This document shows positions 11,016-23,023 of a stretch of 64,000 nucleotides of DNA, piece after piece. Positions within the stretch are counted from its first letter, which is position 1. The number at the start of each line of letters is the position of its first letter. A program made the translations under genes and the position numbers. Under the pieces are notes generated by a model, which made no database searches, was not told the origin of the DNA, and saw nothing but the letters and a program-made list of their open reading frames with translations. Source of the stretch: Babesia bigemina (taxonomy: Eukaryota); assembly GCF_000981445.1 (NCBI RefSeq), contig NC_027216.1, positions 2,232,001 through 2,296,000 on the forward strand. Reading direction: 5' to 3'.

Positions 11016-11365
11016 TGCGCCTGGAATTTTCACACGCCGCACTTCACCTGTATCGCACGGCAAAGGCGCCGAACTGTTGAATATGTCTCTCAAATTTTTA
11101 CACACTTCATGAGCGTTCGTGGTTGGGGTGATGACTGGTAGCGGGGCTGCCCTGGTCAGCAGCCTGGGTTTAGAAATCAGGTGGCCTGTTTGCCAACACT
11201 ACACCGTATTCTTGATATATATGCACTTGTAAGGTTGTTTGTATGTCACAGAATAGGTCTGGTGGGTCGGATTTTTCCAGCCTTCATGTGGCGGCCGATT
11301 GCTGTGCCAGCAGGCCCGAGCTGGGTGTGCCGGTGCCGTCAGAATAAATTGCCTTACTGTAAGAA

Positions 11366-12801
11366 TGAAGGTTGCTTGTAAGGCGCCTCATGGCGCGTTA
11401 GTGCGTATATTTAGGCGTTTTTGCTACTCAGATGCCATCATAACCGGGCGATTTGCTTGTCTGTCCACCCTCGCAACGCCTCAAGGCAGCCGCACCAAGC
11501 AAACTTTTGGCATCCAGGGATCGCATCTGAATTGTTTCAGACGGTTTTCCACGGTTCAGTCTCACTCTGGTGTCACCTCTGAGGCTGATATAGAGCCTGG
11601 AAATGACATATTTGCCTCTGCAACTGCCGAGGGTCATGGCACGGCAAAGGCCAACAGGGGGGCCGTTTCAACTGCGGAAATCCTAGCAACGTGTGCTGAA
11701 CTTGCCGAGGCGATAGTATTTGACAGGAACAAGCATTCGGCGCGCATAAGGAATCTGGTATCATCCCTCGGACCTAAAACGTTCACCGATGCGTTGCAGG
11801 AGCTGGACTGCCTGAACATATTGGACACAAAAAAGCGCGACGCTCCGAAGCTGACCGTAGAGAACCTTGTTGGCAGCTTGTCCATGCTGTCAGAGGTGTG
11901 CTACGTGTCAGCAGCTGCGGGGATTAAGGTGCCGGCCAACCTGTTGCTGGGCTATGCCGCCACTTTGCAGCAGGCGCTTTTGCAGCTGCTGACTAACAGT
12001 GCGGAAGACACGTCCAAAGCCCCAACGTCTCTGCAGTTTAACTCAATTGCTCTATCCTGTACTGGAGAAGAGCGGAATACTTTGTTGGAAGGGATTTCGG
12101 ACTCCTTAGGGCTCATACTGCTAAGCGCCGCCGAGTCGGGGATTGGCCCTGACGTGCTGCCGCTGTGCAATGAACTGTCATCAGAGAACACTCTCGCAGG
12201 GTTCATCGCACAGGCAACTGGGAGCTGTATAAATTCTGTGGCGTTTGTGCGTGCCATGCGTGCGCTAGAGTCAACTGGCAAAGTGGACGGCGGTAACCCA
12301 GAGCTGACGGAGATATTGCCGTCGCTGCGCCAAACCCTCACGGCGCTATCGAACAAAGAGATGACCATGACACTCCGCGATTTGTTCTACTGCAAGCTGT
12401 GGATTACGTGTGTAACGGGCCACAATACTGACTTCGAAGGCGAACTGGATCATATGGGCCGCAGCTTCGTGGACAACGTGGCCACGATTGACCACATCGT
12501 GGAGGCCACTGGAAGCATCAGTGACGCAGATACGGCCATGTATGCCCAGCTGAGGAGGGACAAACGTGAAGTTGACCTAGACTACCTCACCCTGGAGCCG
12601 TTTGTGTTCCCACTGATCGGCTTCTCCGATAAGGTAAGCGCAATTGCGCAGCGTAACACAGTTGATCAGGCACTGTACGAAGCCGATGTTCCCGAGTCCT
12701 ATTTCGATGCTGATGCACGCGCAAACAAGCGCGAATGGCTCAAATGGCGAAGCGCCATTGCTGAGCTCAACGAGTGGAAGATCGTGGAGGTGCGGCTGTG
12801 A
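11366..12801 (+). CDS. Hypothetical protein, probable mitochondrial targeting peptide
   Basis: Long ORF 11299..12801; ATG at 11366 gives MKVACKAPHGALVRIFRRFCYS...FRRFST, an Arg-rich presequence-like leader. Confidence 0.65.
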
Positions 12802-13033
12802 AGCGTATCGCAACACGAGGGAAGCCCGGCCACATGTGTGACCTATAACAGATTTATATCAATTTATTGTATAAAATGGTAGTATAAACGGTCTAGTGGA
12901 GGCATGGAATGGTAACGTGTGTACTGCCTCCTCGAGGGCTGTAAGACACAGCGCTCCTTCCGTTTTCGCTTTTAGGCGTTAACGGGTCCGTCCAGGCCCT
13001 CTAGGCTCCAGCGTGCAGTCTAATTGCGGCAGG

Positions 13034-13977
13034 ATGTCCTTCCTGAGCAGGATTCTTTGGGCACCGCCGAAGTCGCCAAGGTAGGCTGCACAGACACTGC
13101 TGCGGCGTAGTCATGTCGTCCGGGCGTTCCGGAGACCTGTCTAGCTCTGCTGTGCCATCAGCACCGTTGATAACATGCCTTATGCGTACTCAGGAACATA
13201 TACTTCCCATGGCAGACGATGTGCGTGCACAGGTCCGGCGCATTCCTGGAGCGGAACCGCCTGGCGCTGAGGGTGCCCATCAACCTGACCAAGTTCGAGA
13301 TCCGGGAGTATCTGCGCAAGCTCTACGGCGCGCAGGTGATCAAGGTCAACACGCTAATTAAGGTGCCGCGGATAAAGCGCGACCTGGCTAGTAGGAAGCC
13401 GAAATACTATCGCAACGGGCCCATGTACAAGAAGGCGATCGTCACGCTGGAGCACGCCGTGCCTGACGAAGTCAAGATGCTGGGCCGTGACTTCGAGCTG
13501 GGTGTTAACCCTGCCATCACCAAGAAGAACGTGCACTACGGCAAGAAGAAGGACTTCAGCTACCTGCCGGACCGCAGGCAGGATCCGCTGACAGGCGAAA
13601 TCCCTTACGGCTGGCGCCTGCCGATCGCCAACCTTCTAGCAGGTATGTGAAAGCAGTAGCGTAGAAAATCACACTCCGCCGCAGACGACGACTGGGAGAT
13701 GCACCCGGAGCTGCGTGACGAATCCGACCACCTCCGCATGAGCCCGGATCCGACTGAGCCGCACGTACACGGCGGAGCCTACACAGGAACCAAAAAACCG
13801 GAGATTGTGCCAGAACAGACCTATACCATGGTAAGGGCGGGTATATTGGCCGCGTTCACCCACACTCAGATAAACCTCACACCCTGGCGGCGGAAGCTGC
13901 AGCGCCAAGAGGCGGCGGAGAAAGACGCCGTCGGCCCGGCGACTCCCACGCCGTGGCGATTTCCAAAGGAACACTAG
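13034..13977 (+). CDS. Mitochondrial ribosomal protein uL23-family, 4 exons
   Basis: Spliced by hand with introns 13081-13193, 13643-13684 and 13831-13869. Product: MSFLSRILWAPPKSPRNIYFPWQTMC...LRVPINLTKFEIREYLRKLYGAQVIKVNT...YKKAIVTL, the L23 signature. Confidence 0.85.
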
Positions 13978-15171
13978 CGCACTGCTGTAATTTTGTGTGT
14001 GTGCGGGAACAGAGCCCCGGGACACGGCTATCAGGTATTCTAGACAGGCCGTCATTGGGCCTGTCATTCTGCGGGCTTCGCCTGTCTTCATGGGTAGAAG
14101 GGTTCTCAGTTCATTACATTACAGTAAATTGCGGTTCATAGTTGCACACACCGCAAGGTCGGCGATTTTCCCGCCGGCCTCGGGCCACGAGGCCCAGCGG
14201 CCTAAATGTGTAGGCCCTCCGCAGCTGGCGAGAATTCTCGCACACACACCGCGGAATCGTCGATATGAAGCGTCCGCCACGACGACGACGTTTCTTGCTG
14301 CTGTAGTGGCGCACGCGTGGGCTTTCGGCGCAGCGGTACGGACGGTATGGAGCAACGTCATCTATGCGCATCGGTGCACCGGCCGCCACATTTGTCTATC
14401 TCGGGACAGGGCCTCCGACGCTGCGCCGTCGTTCGGTTCACACGTCGCTACAGTTTACACACTTTTGTGTTGCATCGTTGTTCGCTCTGTGTTCTGAAGA
14501 AGCCTCTCTTCTGAGTCGAGGGGCCTCCTTCGCAGTGTGTGATTGTTGCGGTACCTACACATCGTGGTCTGAGAGGCCTCCGCGTCCTTCAGCCCTCTGT
14601 GTTGCTTTAAATATCGTATCAAAGCGAGTGAAAACTGCTCGCTGCTTTGATGTGTACATAGTTGCCCTCGAGCGTATTGCTGTGTCTATTGTACTGTGCC
14701 TAGTTGCCAGTGTTTATTTCGCAGTAGTGCTATCTGAGAGTATTTAAAACATCTTAATCAGCCAAAACTCTACCGTATTGCACTGCGATATAGGTTGAGT
14801 TCTGTTTTCGACATCTCTGCCGTTGTTGATTGGAGCCGCTTGCGGAGGTGCCTTGATTCCTCGTCACGCCGCTCACCTCATTTTTGGAGGTAATCTTCCA
14901 TCACGGTTTTGTGCGTTTATTGCGGATTTGGTTCGATCGTGGTCGGTGGTACAACCGCGGTGGAATCTGGATTTTGCACCGTCGTACTTCGGTTGGTTGT
15001 CGCTGTTGTTTTTCCTGGGTTCATCCATAGGAAGGTCAGCGCCGAAATTTTCCGATTGGGGCATATTTTAAAGGATTCTTTAATCGGCGTTGTTAGAATC
15101 TCTGGGTTTGCGTTGTATTTTTGCATGTCTTCCAAGACCTTCCACGTCAGACAAACAACGTATTGCCCACA

Positions 15172-17175
15172 ATGAGAGACAACGCTACGCCACACGGTGG
15201 CGAAATTCACACGGCTAATTACGGACGCGAGCACTTCGTGCCGGATCCTATGATAATGACCCGCTCCTCCGAGGAGCAACCGGGTGCCATGTTGATGCCG
15301 CCCTTTGCCATGATGCCGGAAGACGTAAAGGGGTCCCCGCAGATGCCGTACGACCTGGAGATGCAACAGGCGTACAAGCACTACTGTATGGCGATGGCGG
15401 CCTCTGCTGCCGCGCAGAGGTACAATCTTGGCGCCACGCTCGGCTACGAGTCGCTGCCCCTTAGTGCCTGGTCACGGGAGCAGTTCGGGGAGCACATGAT
15501 GCTAATGAAGCAACAGGAAGCTGCGGCCATGCAGCAAGCGCGACCCTGGGCGCCAATGTCCGCGAAACGCACTTTTAACGACATGAACATGAGGGAAGGA
15601 TACGGCACGACCGGCGCACGCATGGCGTCCATGTCGCACGCGCAGGAAAGATCGGATGCTCAAAAGCGACGCGCGATGGCGGAAATCCACATGCAACAAA
15701 GACAGAAGCATTTTAACACGTTTATGCCCTGCGATCCTCACCAAGTTGCAACGTTCGTTGGGCAAGTCGTCCCTGCATCAGGCCATCGTGCCAACGTTAA
15801 TTCCGCCGCCTACGGAGAGGATGGTGAACGCAGCGCCAAGGCCATGCAGGGGGGAGTTGCACTCAACGAGACCGTTATTGTGGCCCCCCAGGCTCCCATG
15901 TGCCGTATGGAAACCAGGCTCATATCGACTGACGAAGGCAGCCAGCTGTCGACAGTCCCCAGCGACGCAGAATCCGAGTTCGAGTTCAACCAATCGTCGG
16001 CAGTCCAGACGCGAAAGAAGGCTGTGCACAGGGCATCCTATGCTCTGACGCGTTGTGACTCGACGCTGACCGGCACCGCTGCTGACAACGAATACGACTG
16101 GAAGCGTTACAAGCCCAATGAGAGCAGCCAGGAGGAAGACAAGCTCGGATTCTCGCAGACCCTCTCTGGCAACCTGAAGCAGGACTACATCAACTTCACG
16201 AAGCACGGCGTCCTGTCTAACGAGCTGCGTCAGGAATACATCCGTCGCAGCAAGCTCTATCCCAAGGTCCGCGGGGTCTGGTTCAATTCCACGGTGCGCC
16301 GAATGGGATGGGTGGGCCAGGCCTACAAGAAGTGCAAACGCATCGAAAAGATCTTCTCAATCAGCAAGCACGGCTTCGACGGTGCCCGCGAACTCGCGAT
16401 CGCCTTCCGCAATTCGCAAAAGCCGACTGGCGGAGCCTCAGCCGTCACTGAGGATACGATGCTCCCCATTGACACCACCTACTCCGCAGTAACGAATGAC
16501 GACTTCGCGGTTGCCGAAACCGTTGACCCCGTCAAGACCAGAGACGCGGCCGAGTTGTACGAAACCGACGAAGAGGTTACACAACGCACTGAGGAGTTTG
16601 CCGAGCAGACGACCGAGTACGCCGATGCCATTGCTCAGCAGCAGGGGTTTGATCGCCCAGGCAAACCACTTAGCCGCGAAGATTTGGAGAGCAACGGTAA
16701 CCACACGGACGAGGAACAAGAAGAGAGAGCTAACGAAGAGGCGAATGCCACTGGCATTCAAGAAAGCATGTTTGACCAGTACAAGTCAAAACTGACTGAG
16801 GAGCAGCGTGAGCACCGCGACCACCTTTGCAAGGGCGCTCTCAGGCTGATGCTCTACGAGCTCGCGGCGCTTGTCGAACTCGACGTGCCCATCCCACGCC
16901 TCGGCCGTGAAGCCTGCTGCCGTGGCCTGAAGTACCACATCAATGCCCTCGAGGCCTGCAAGAGCGCATCGGATATGTTACCCTACACCGCCATTTTCGG
17001 CAGCTACATTTGCCGCGGCATCACCCCTGTCGACATTCCGTTCGGGGAGCTGTACACCATGCTGCAAGCTTTGTCTTTCTGCAGGCCCCTCGGAGGAACC
17101 TTCGACTCCGCCATCTCAACGCCCTTCGTCGGCGAGACGGACGATGCCAACCTATCGGACCTGATAGTGGTCTGA
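15172..17175 (+). CDS. ApiAP2 transcription factor (one AP2 domain, probable C-terminal ACDC domain)
   Basis: YPKVRGVWFN...GWVGQAYKKCKRIEKIFSISKHGFDGARELAIAFR is an AP2 domain. LCKGALRLMLYEL...YHINAL...PYTAIFGSYI resembles ACDC. First in-frame ATG is at 15172. Confidence 0.9.
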   Translation: MRDNATPHGGEIHTANYGREHFVPDPMIMTRSSEEQPGAMLMPPFAMMPEDVKGSPQMPYDLEMQQAYKHYCMAMAASAAAQRYNLGATLGYESLPLSAWSREQFGEHMMLMKQQEAAAMQQARPWAPMSAKRTFNDMNMREGYGTTGARMASMSHAQERSDAQKRRAMAEIHMQQRQKHFNTFMPCDPHQVATFVGQVVPASGHRANVNSAAYGEDGERSAKAMQGGVALNETVIVAPQAPMCRMETRLISTDEGSQLSTVPSDAESEFEFNQSSAVQTRKKAVHRASYALTRCDSTLTGTAADNEYDWKRYKPNESSQEEDKLGFSQTLSGNLKQDYINFTKHGVLSNELRQEYIRRSKLYPKVRGVWFNSTVRRMGWVGQAYKKCKRIEKIFSISKHGFDGARELAIAFRNSQKPTGGASAVTEDTMLPIDTTYSAVTNDDFAVAETVDPVKTRDAAELYETDEEVTQRTEEFAEQTTEYADAIAQQQGFDRPGKPLSREDLESNGNHTDEEQEERANEEANATGIQESMFDQYKSKLTEEQREHRDHLCKGALRLMLYELAALVELDVPIPRLGREACCRGLKYHINALEACKSASDMLPYTAIFGSYICRGITPVDIPFGELYTMLQALSFCRPLGGTFDSAISTPFVGETDDANLSDLIVV

Positions 17176-17492
17176 ATTTGCTTTACTCATACTTAGACTC
17201 AATCGCAAACAACAGTGCTTAAATGTTGCGAGTATTTTATTTATGCATTTTGAAGCAGCGGTGCAGTATGTATTGTGCTCCTTTTTGACGATAGGCGGTA
17301 GAGTGCCAAGCTGCTAATGCTCTGCTTTGCTACACAGGATTAGTCGTCGCATTATATAATTCATTACATAATTGTTTCAACGCCATCGACGTGAAGCGTG
17401 CATTGGCATTCGCCACCGACGCTTCCTGCGATGGGTCAGTGCGATAAATCAATCGACCTCGGCAACGTGCACAACGACACTCCTCAAGGTCA

Positions 17493-18212
17493 CTACATAA
17501 CTTGCTCGGCAAGCAGTTCGTAGTAGTAAGGCTCGTTAATGTTGATAAAATCGGCCGCCGGAATGGGACTGTAGTAGCCGTCGTGGATCGAGTGCAGCCT
17601 GTCGTGAAGGTCGGGTGGCTGCTTCGTGAAACCCTTGACGTCTATACAACGATTAATGGCTTTAAGATCAAACTAACTGCGAGGGTGAGTGGTGTTGTAG
17701 AGCGCTCTCTGGAACAGGCTCGCCCTGGCGTCTATGAGCATCCCGTCCTGACGCCGCATGAAGTCGCTGGTCCGAATCTGCTCAATGTTGCATTAGACAA
17801 GGTTCTCTCATACCGTGTCCTCATGGATATGGCTCCTGATGCGTGCGATTCGGCGGCGCAATGCGATGAGTTCTGGGAAAATTGGGAGAAGGGGGCAGCT
17901 GGCCTACTCTGCTGATCGTCGAGTATCCGGTTCCAGTCGTGCCTATTGAAGTGGTAGTGCACATTGAAGTAAGGATAGGTCCTGCATATTTCATCCGCTT
18001 AGGCGCTGTCATCAACGTACAGTTCGTCCGTGTTGCTGCTGCTGCTGCCGCCGTGTCTGCATATGTTCATGAATATGGTCAGTTGCGTCATGCGCTTACA
18101 CATCGGGGTGGTTGTCGTCGCCTCGGTCTTGCTCCTTATGAGCCGTAACAGCATGGGCCGAGGGCAACCAGGTGCTGCATAGCAGCAATGCTGCTATCAC
18201 CGGCGCCCACAT
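17493..18212 (-). CDS. Six-exon hypothetical secreted protein (~176 aa)
   Basis: Five short GT-AG introns splice to one open frame: MWAPVIAALLLCSTWLPSAHA (signal peptide)...TYPYFNVHYHFNRHDW...KLIALRRRIARIRSHIHEDTIRTSDF...YELLAEQVM*. Confidence 0.75.
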
Positions 18213-18886
18213 CAAGCTGCTGGAACCCAGTTAGCAGAGGCTAGCGTCTAGCAGCATCCTTGCACGATTATGGGTATCGCAGTCGACACGGCGCGGAATT
18301 CTAATAGGGAAGTGCCCGTTTATTTCACTTTATTTCTTTTGTGCCGCGTGTGTAGCTTGCCGGAAACGACATCGCGTCATGTTGTGGTGTGTAAGCCTCG
18401 TCGTGGCCAGGGCTACGCGTCCCCTAAACTCGCTCAAGAACGTGAGCAATAGCGATTGTTTTTGCATAAAAAGTGTTGTTATGGCGTCGCACGACGCGTA
18501 GATTTTGAGAAGGAGGCGAGGCAGCTCGCTATCTATGGAATCTTCGTCGATAAGCACGAAGTAGACACCTGGACTTTTACCATACAGGGTCGGAGTTAAA
18601 TGGCGGCGCCACATTGGCGTTACATTTAAATGTATATGCTAATAACAGGCTTTTGAGGCTACTAAAGGGAGGCCGGCTTGCTATATCTTGACATCGGATG
18701 TGCGATCTTCTATCTGATAACGTTCGTTGATGCGGCTCTGCTAGACTATTTATGACTCCTAAAGTGTAACAGTAGTATAGTATCGGATGATATATCATTT
18801 CGCGATGCATTGGCTGTCCTCTTAGATACGTAACGCTTTTACGTGCAACCTGGGCTGACGCTAATGATGAGGTATTTGCGGCCGTG

Positions 18887-21871
18887 ATGAGATTCCGCGT
18901 ATGGAATCATGCGAATTGCTGTGCCTGGTGGAGCGCAGCTTGCGCCATTTGGGCTTGCGCGATTCTCCTGGCGGCTGCCCCGGCATTGGCCATTGCGGAA
19001 AGGTTTGCCGGCTGCAGTTCCTGGCGCTCTAAGGCACGACATGGCGCCTTGGAACCTTTTGTGGCGACATATACGTTTAGATTTCACTCCGAAGCGGGTG
19101 GATCGATTTTAAATGCAGAAAAACAATCATCGCATATGCAGTCTCGCAAGCCTTTTGTTGGACAAAGGACCACACCGTCGTCGGCAGCGGCATTTATTTG
19201 GGCAGTGTCAAATGACCTGCCCACAGTGGCGTCTGCAAAGCCTATATCTAAAGTTAGTAATCGCATTACACGCAACGACGGCAAACAAGGCATCTATCGG
19301 AAAGTGGAATTGTGCGCCGAAAAAGATGACATCTTGGATGAAGATGAAGATGAAAATATAGATATAACTCTTGACAACGACTGCGATGCCGTCGCTGACG
19401 ATGTTAACGTTAACCTTTGTGCCGACGGCGAGATTAACGAGAGTGTGGCGACTGTTGCCGAGGGGGACAGTGTTGATGACCAGAACGCAAACAGCCCCGA
19501 CGTGCCTGCACCGCGGGAAGTTCAATACAGCACCAGTGATATAGTGGTGCTTCAAGGACTAGATGCGGTGCGAAAACGTCCTGGAATGTACATTGGTAAC
19601 ACCGGTGAGAGTGGAGTGCATCAGCTGCTGTTCGAGATCCTGGACAACTCCGTCGATGAGTACTTGGCGGGTGCCTGTAACAGGATTACAGTTACTCTGC
19701 GTGCAGACGGGTCGGCGGAAGTCATGGACAATGGAAGAGGTATCCCGTGTGAGATATCGGAGAGTACAGGTCGTTCCGGTCTTGAGACGGTGTTGACTGT
19801 GCTGCATTCCGGCGGCAAGTTCAATGACGCAGCGACGCAAACACAGGATCACGAGGACGAGTTCTACGACACCTCTGTATCACGAAAGTTCCGGTCACAA
19901 CACGTCCGCGGGTTACGCAAAAAGCTAAAGGATGCTAGTAACGCGCCTTACGAATACTCTTCAGGACTGCACGGAGTTGGGTTGTCCGTAGTGAACGCTC
20001 TGAGCAAATGGCTGCACGCAGAGGTTTACAAGGGCACACGTGTTTACACCATGGAGCTTTCGAAGGGCCAAGTGATGAGTCCGCTGTCGATGTCGCGGGG
20101 GCAGAAACGCACTGGGACGAAAATTTCATTCCTACCGGACTACGAGGACGTATTCCGTATCCACCACGAGCACATTTCCGATGGCGAGTGTAAGGGCTGT
20201 GTGGAAGCCTTTCATTTCGACACCGTTCGCACACGAGTGGAAGAACTGTCGTACGTCAATCCGATGCTGACCCTGCGGCTTGTGGACGAACGCAAAGTGA
20301 ATGAGGATGGTACCTTCTGGGAGGAAACTTTCATGCACAAGGGCGGTACACGCGAGTTCCTGCAGGACATCATCAAGGACCGTACGCCTTTGTACAAGGC
20401 CGCCAACATAATCAACATTCGCGGGAAGTCAAACGGGGTCGAGGTGGAGACATCGTTGAGCTGGTCTGCTGAGCCAAGCGCAGCTCAGTTACGCGGTTTC
20501 GCCAATAACGTGAGCACAGTCGCAGGCACGCACATCGATGGATTCAAGGCTGCAATCACGAAAGCTGTGAATCACTGCTGCCGTCGCTCCGGCTATTTCA
20601 AGGCCAAAGCGCCGCCCCTAAGCGGCGAATTTATTCGCGAGGGGATGACTGCCATCGTTTCGGTGAAGCTGATGGGCGCCGAATTCGACGGGCAGACCAA
20701 GTCGAAGCTGGGCAACCAGGTGGCTCGCACGGCGGTTGAGAGGATCGTGTCGTACCAGATGATCGAGATTCTGGAGAAGCATCCTCAGCTACTGCTTGCC
20801 ATATACAACAAGTCGCTGGCGTCCAAAAAAGCATTCGAGGCTGCCAAGCATGCTAAAGAGTTGGCTCAGCAGAAAAACGCAAACTTTCTAACAACGGGGC
20901 TCCCGACGAAGCTGTCCGATTGCACTTCTAACGACATGGACGCTACCGAGATATTCATCGTAGAGGGTGAGAGCGCTGCGGGTAACGCTAAACAGGCGAG
21001 AAACCGGCGCTTCCAGGCTGTGCTTCCCCTGAAGGGCAAGATCCTAAACATAGAGAAGATCAACAGCGACCTGAAGGTGATGGAGAACGAGGAAATCAAA
21101 CTGCTGATTTCTTCGTTGGGTATAGCCGTGAACCCACGAACGTGGCGTCAGGATACGTTGACCCACGTCGAAACTATGGTTCCTACAGGCACCCAGGAGA
21201 TCGTTCTCGGGGAAACCGAGGATGGTGGTAAGATCCTATCACCACTGCCTCCACTTCCGCTGCGATACGGCAAAATTATCCTGCTGACTGATGCTGACGT
21301 GGACGGAGCCCATCTGCGAATCCTTTTGCTAGGGTTGTTGTTCCGCATATGCCCTCAGCTCTACGAACACGGTCGTGTGTACGTCGCGTGCCCTCCGCTG
21401 TATCGCATTACTAACATGCGCCGCAGCAGTAGTAGCAAGGGCGATGGACAGAGTCGTTCAGCCTACACATACGCGTGGAGCGAGGACGAGCTACCCGAGG
21501 CATTACAACGTGAAATGTCTTCGCGTCAAGCGGGCAGGGTTGGCGATCAAAGTGGCAAGATGCTCGATATTTTCTCTGAAAAATCGGAGGAATCGACCGA
21601 CGATAGGGCAGGAGATAGGCCAACGCACAAGTTGAGCGATTCTCGTGGCCTCTCCGTACAGCGTTTCAAGGGTCTGGGAGAGATGATGGCGCAACAACTT
21701 TGGGATACAACCATGGATCCCGAGAAGCGCGTTCTGAGACGGATTTCCGTGCAGGACGGGCTGCGTGCCTCACAAATGTTGGAGCTGCTCATGGGTAGCG
21801 ATGTCCAGCAGCGTAAGGAGTTCATATTCGCCAACTCTGACACGTTCCAGCTGCAGGATCTAGACCGTTAG
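18887..21871 (+). CDS. gyrB: DNA gyrase subunit B, apicoplast-targeted
   Basis: Bipartite leader, then [71 protein letters not shown] and QRFKGLGEM. Confidence 0.97.
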   Translation: MRFRVWNHANCCAWWSAACAIWACAILLAAAPALAIAERFAGCSSWRSKARHGALEPFVATYTFRFHSEAGGSILNAEKQSSHMQSRKPFVGQRTTPSSAAAFIWAVSNDLPTVASAKPISKVSNRITRNDGKQGIYRKVELCAEKDDILDEDEDENIDITLDNDCDAVADDVNVNLCADGEINESVATVAEGDSVDDQNANSPDVPAPREVQYSTSDIVVLQGLDAVRKRPGMYIGNTGESGVHQLLFEILDNSVDEYLAGACNRITVTLRADGSAEVMDNGRGIPCEISESTGRSGLETVLTVLHSGGKFNDAATQTQDHEDEFYDTSVSRKFRSQHVRGLRKKLKDASNAPYEYSSGLHGVGLSVVNALSKWLHAEVYKGTRVYTMELSKGQVMSPLSMSRGQKRTGTKISFLPDYEDVFRIHHEHISDGECKGCVEAFHFDTVRTRVEELSYVNPMLTLRLVDERKVNEDGTFWEETFMHKGGTREFLQDIIKDRTPLYKAANIINIRGKSNGVEVETSLSWSAEPSAAQLRGFANNVSTVAGTHIDGFKAAITKAVNHCCRRSGYFKAKAPPLSGEFIREGMTAIVSVKLMGAEFDGQTKSKLGNQVARTAVERIVSYQMIEILEKHPQLLLAIYNKSLASKKAFEAAKHAKELAQQKNANFLTTGLPTKLSDCTSNDMDATEIFIVEGESAAGNAKQARNRRFQAVLPLKGKILNIEKINSDLKVMENEEIKLLISSLGIAVNPRTWRQDTLTHVETMVPTGTQEIVLGETEDGGKILSPLPPLPLRYGKIILLTDADVDGAHLRILLLGLLFRICPQLYEHGRVYVACPPLYRITNMRRSSSSKGDGQSRSAYTYAWSEDELPEALQREMSSRQAGRVGDQSGKMLDIFSEKSEESTDDRAGDRPTHKLSDSRGLSVQRFKGLGEMMAQQLWDTTMDPEKRVLRRISVQDGLRASQMLELLMGSDVQQRKEFIFANSDTFQLQDLDR

Positions 21872-22625
21872 CAACATTCCTTGTTAATATATATGTTCCG
21901 CGGTCTATCCCACATCATCATTATTATTATTATTATGTTGTCTCATCTGGTAGTGTGCTATGTGGCTACGCGCATATGGCCGGTTTTCGTGTTTGCATCT
22001 CTGCCGCCTCACGCTAATACTGGTTGCGGGTTCCACTTCGGTCCATTGCCGATCTTAACTGCTGCAATCCATGCGGGTATCCATCCAGGTTGGGCCAGAT
22101 GGTCTTCTACTGAGTCGTAGTTTTCTCTCGGTTTCACGTCCCTCATCACTATTTTATGTGTTTCTTGGATCACTACCCTTTGCATATGGATGATGTTATG
22201 CGTTGCGCATTATACGTTGGATTACCGGATTCCGGGTAGTTCGTTAATGTTGGGTGCTCTCTTACTGAGTCGGCCCAGGACATACAACATTTTTGCATCG
22301 CTCTACTGCTCAACGTACAATAGCCCCGCTGACCCATTGTGATACAGCTCTACTCAAATGCATTAGTTGGGTATTAACAACTGATCCGCAGTGCAAGAGG
22401 TGAAAAACGTATTTGGCTGAGGGCACCCAACATCCGTGCACTATGGGGTTACACTGGAGTAGCAAGATTATCACTGACCTTTAATGTTTATAACCTGTGC
22501 TGCATTACAGTGTGAGCACTAGGGACTGTATGCGCAACCGATTTCCTAAGATAAACCACCAATATATACATCGGATGTCGCATGGCTACTGTGGGACTAT
22601 CTGCACTGCATGATACTATGGGACC

Positions 22626-22886
22626 TTAGTGAAGTGAGGGCTTGGTTCCAGCGAAGGCATCGTATAGTTGGTCCAATACTGTCATGAGGCTTTGTTTGTG
22701 GGTTTTAGCGCATATGTAGAGAACCAAGAAAACGAGGGCTACTAAGCCAATGATGCCAGCTAAGGTGGCGCCAAAAGCAATCCCTCCGGCGTTCTTACAA
22801 CATGTACATGTGCAAAACCATTTCTTACATACATCACAGCTTTCGCCGGCGCACTTCGAGCCACTTTCGCATTTACAGGTCGTCAT
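22626..22886 (-). CDS. Small Cys-rich single-TM protein (86 aa), no signal peptide
   Basis: MTTCKCESGSKCAGESCDVCKKWFCTCTCCK, then TM GIAFGATLAGIIGLVALVFLVLYI. WFCxCTCC is shared with 25115..25471; the TM/tail and upstream DNA are shared with 31691..31888. Confidence 0.7.
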   Translation of the reverse strand: MTTCKCESGSKCAGESCDVCKKWFCTCTCCKNAGGIAFGATLAGIIGLVALVFLVLYICAKTHKQSLMTVLDQLYDAFAGTKPSLH

Positions 22887-22959
22887 TTCTTTCTCACTCG
22901 ACAATAAACCCTGCACGGCAATGAATTACGTTCCCTATACCTCGAACACTCTCAGCCAA

Positions 22960-23023
22960 CTAAAGATACACAATGCCTATACCCTCACCCCTACCATGCC
23001 ATCCACCTAGTGCTGGGGCAACC
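22960..23023 (-). repeat. Upstream element shared (inverted) with ~31550-31610
   Basis: Reverse complement ggttgccccagcactaggtggatggcatggtaggggtgagggtataggcatt matches ggttgccccagcacggggtggatggcatggtaggggtgggagtatgggcatt at 31550. Confidence 0.85.

Noticed and set aside
13980..15170. CACACA/TGTGTG tracts upstream of the ApiAP2 gene as autoregulatory sites
   Set aside because: Short motifs that also occur elsewhere in the window; enrichment cannot be shown by eye.
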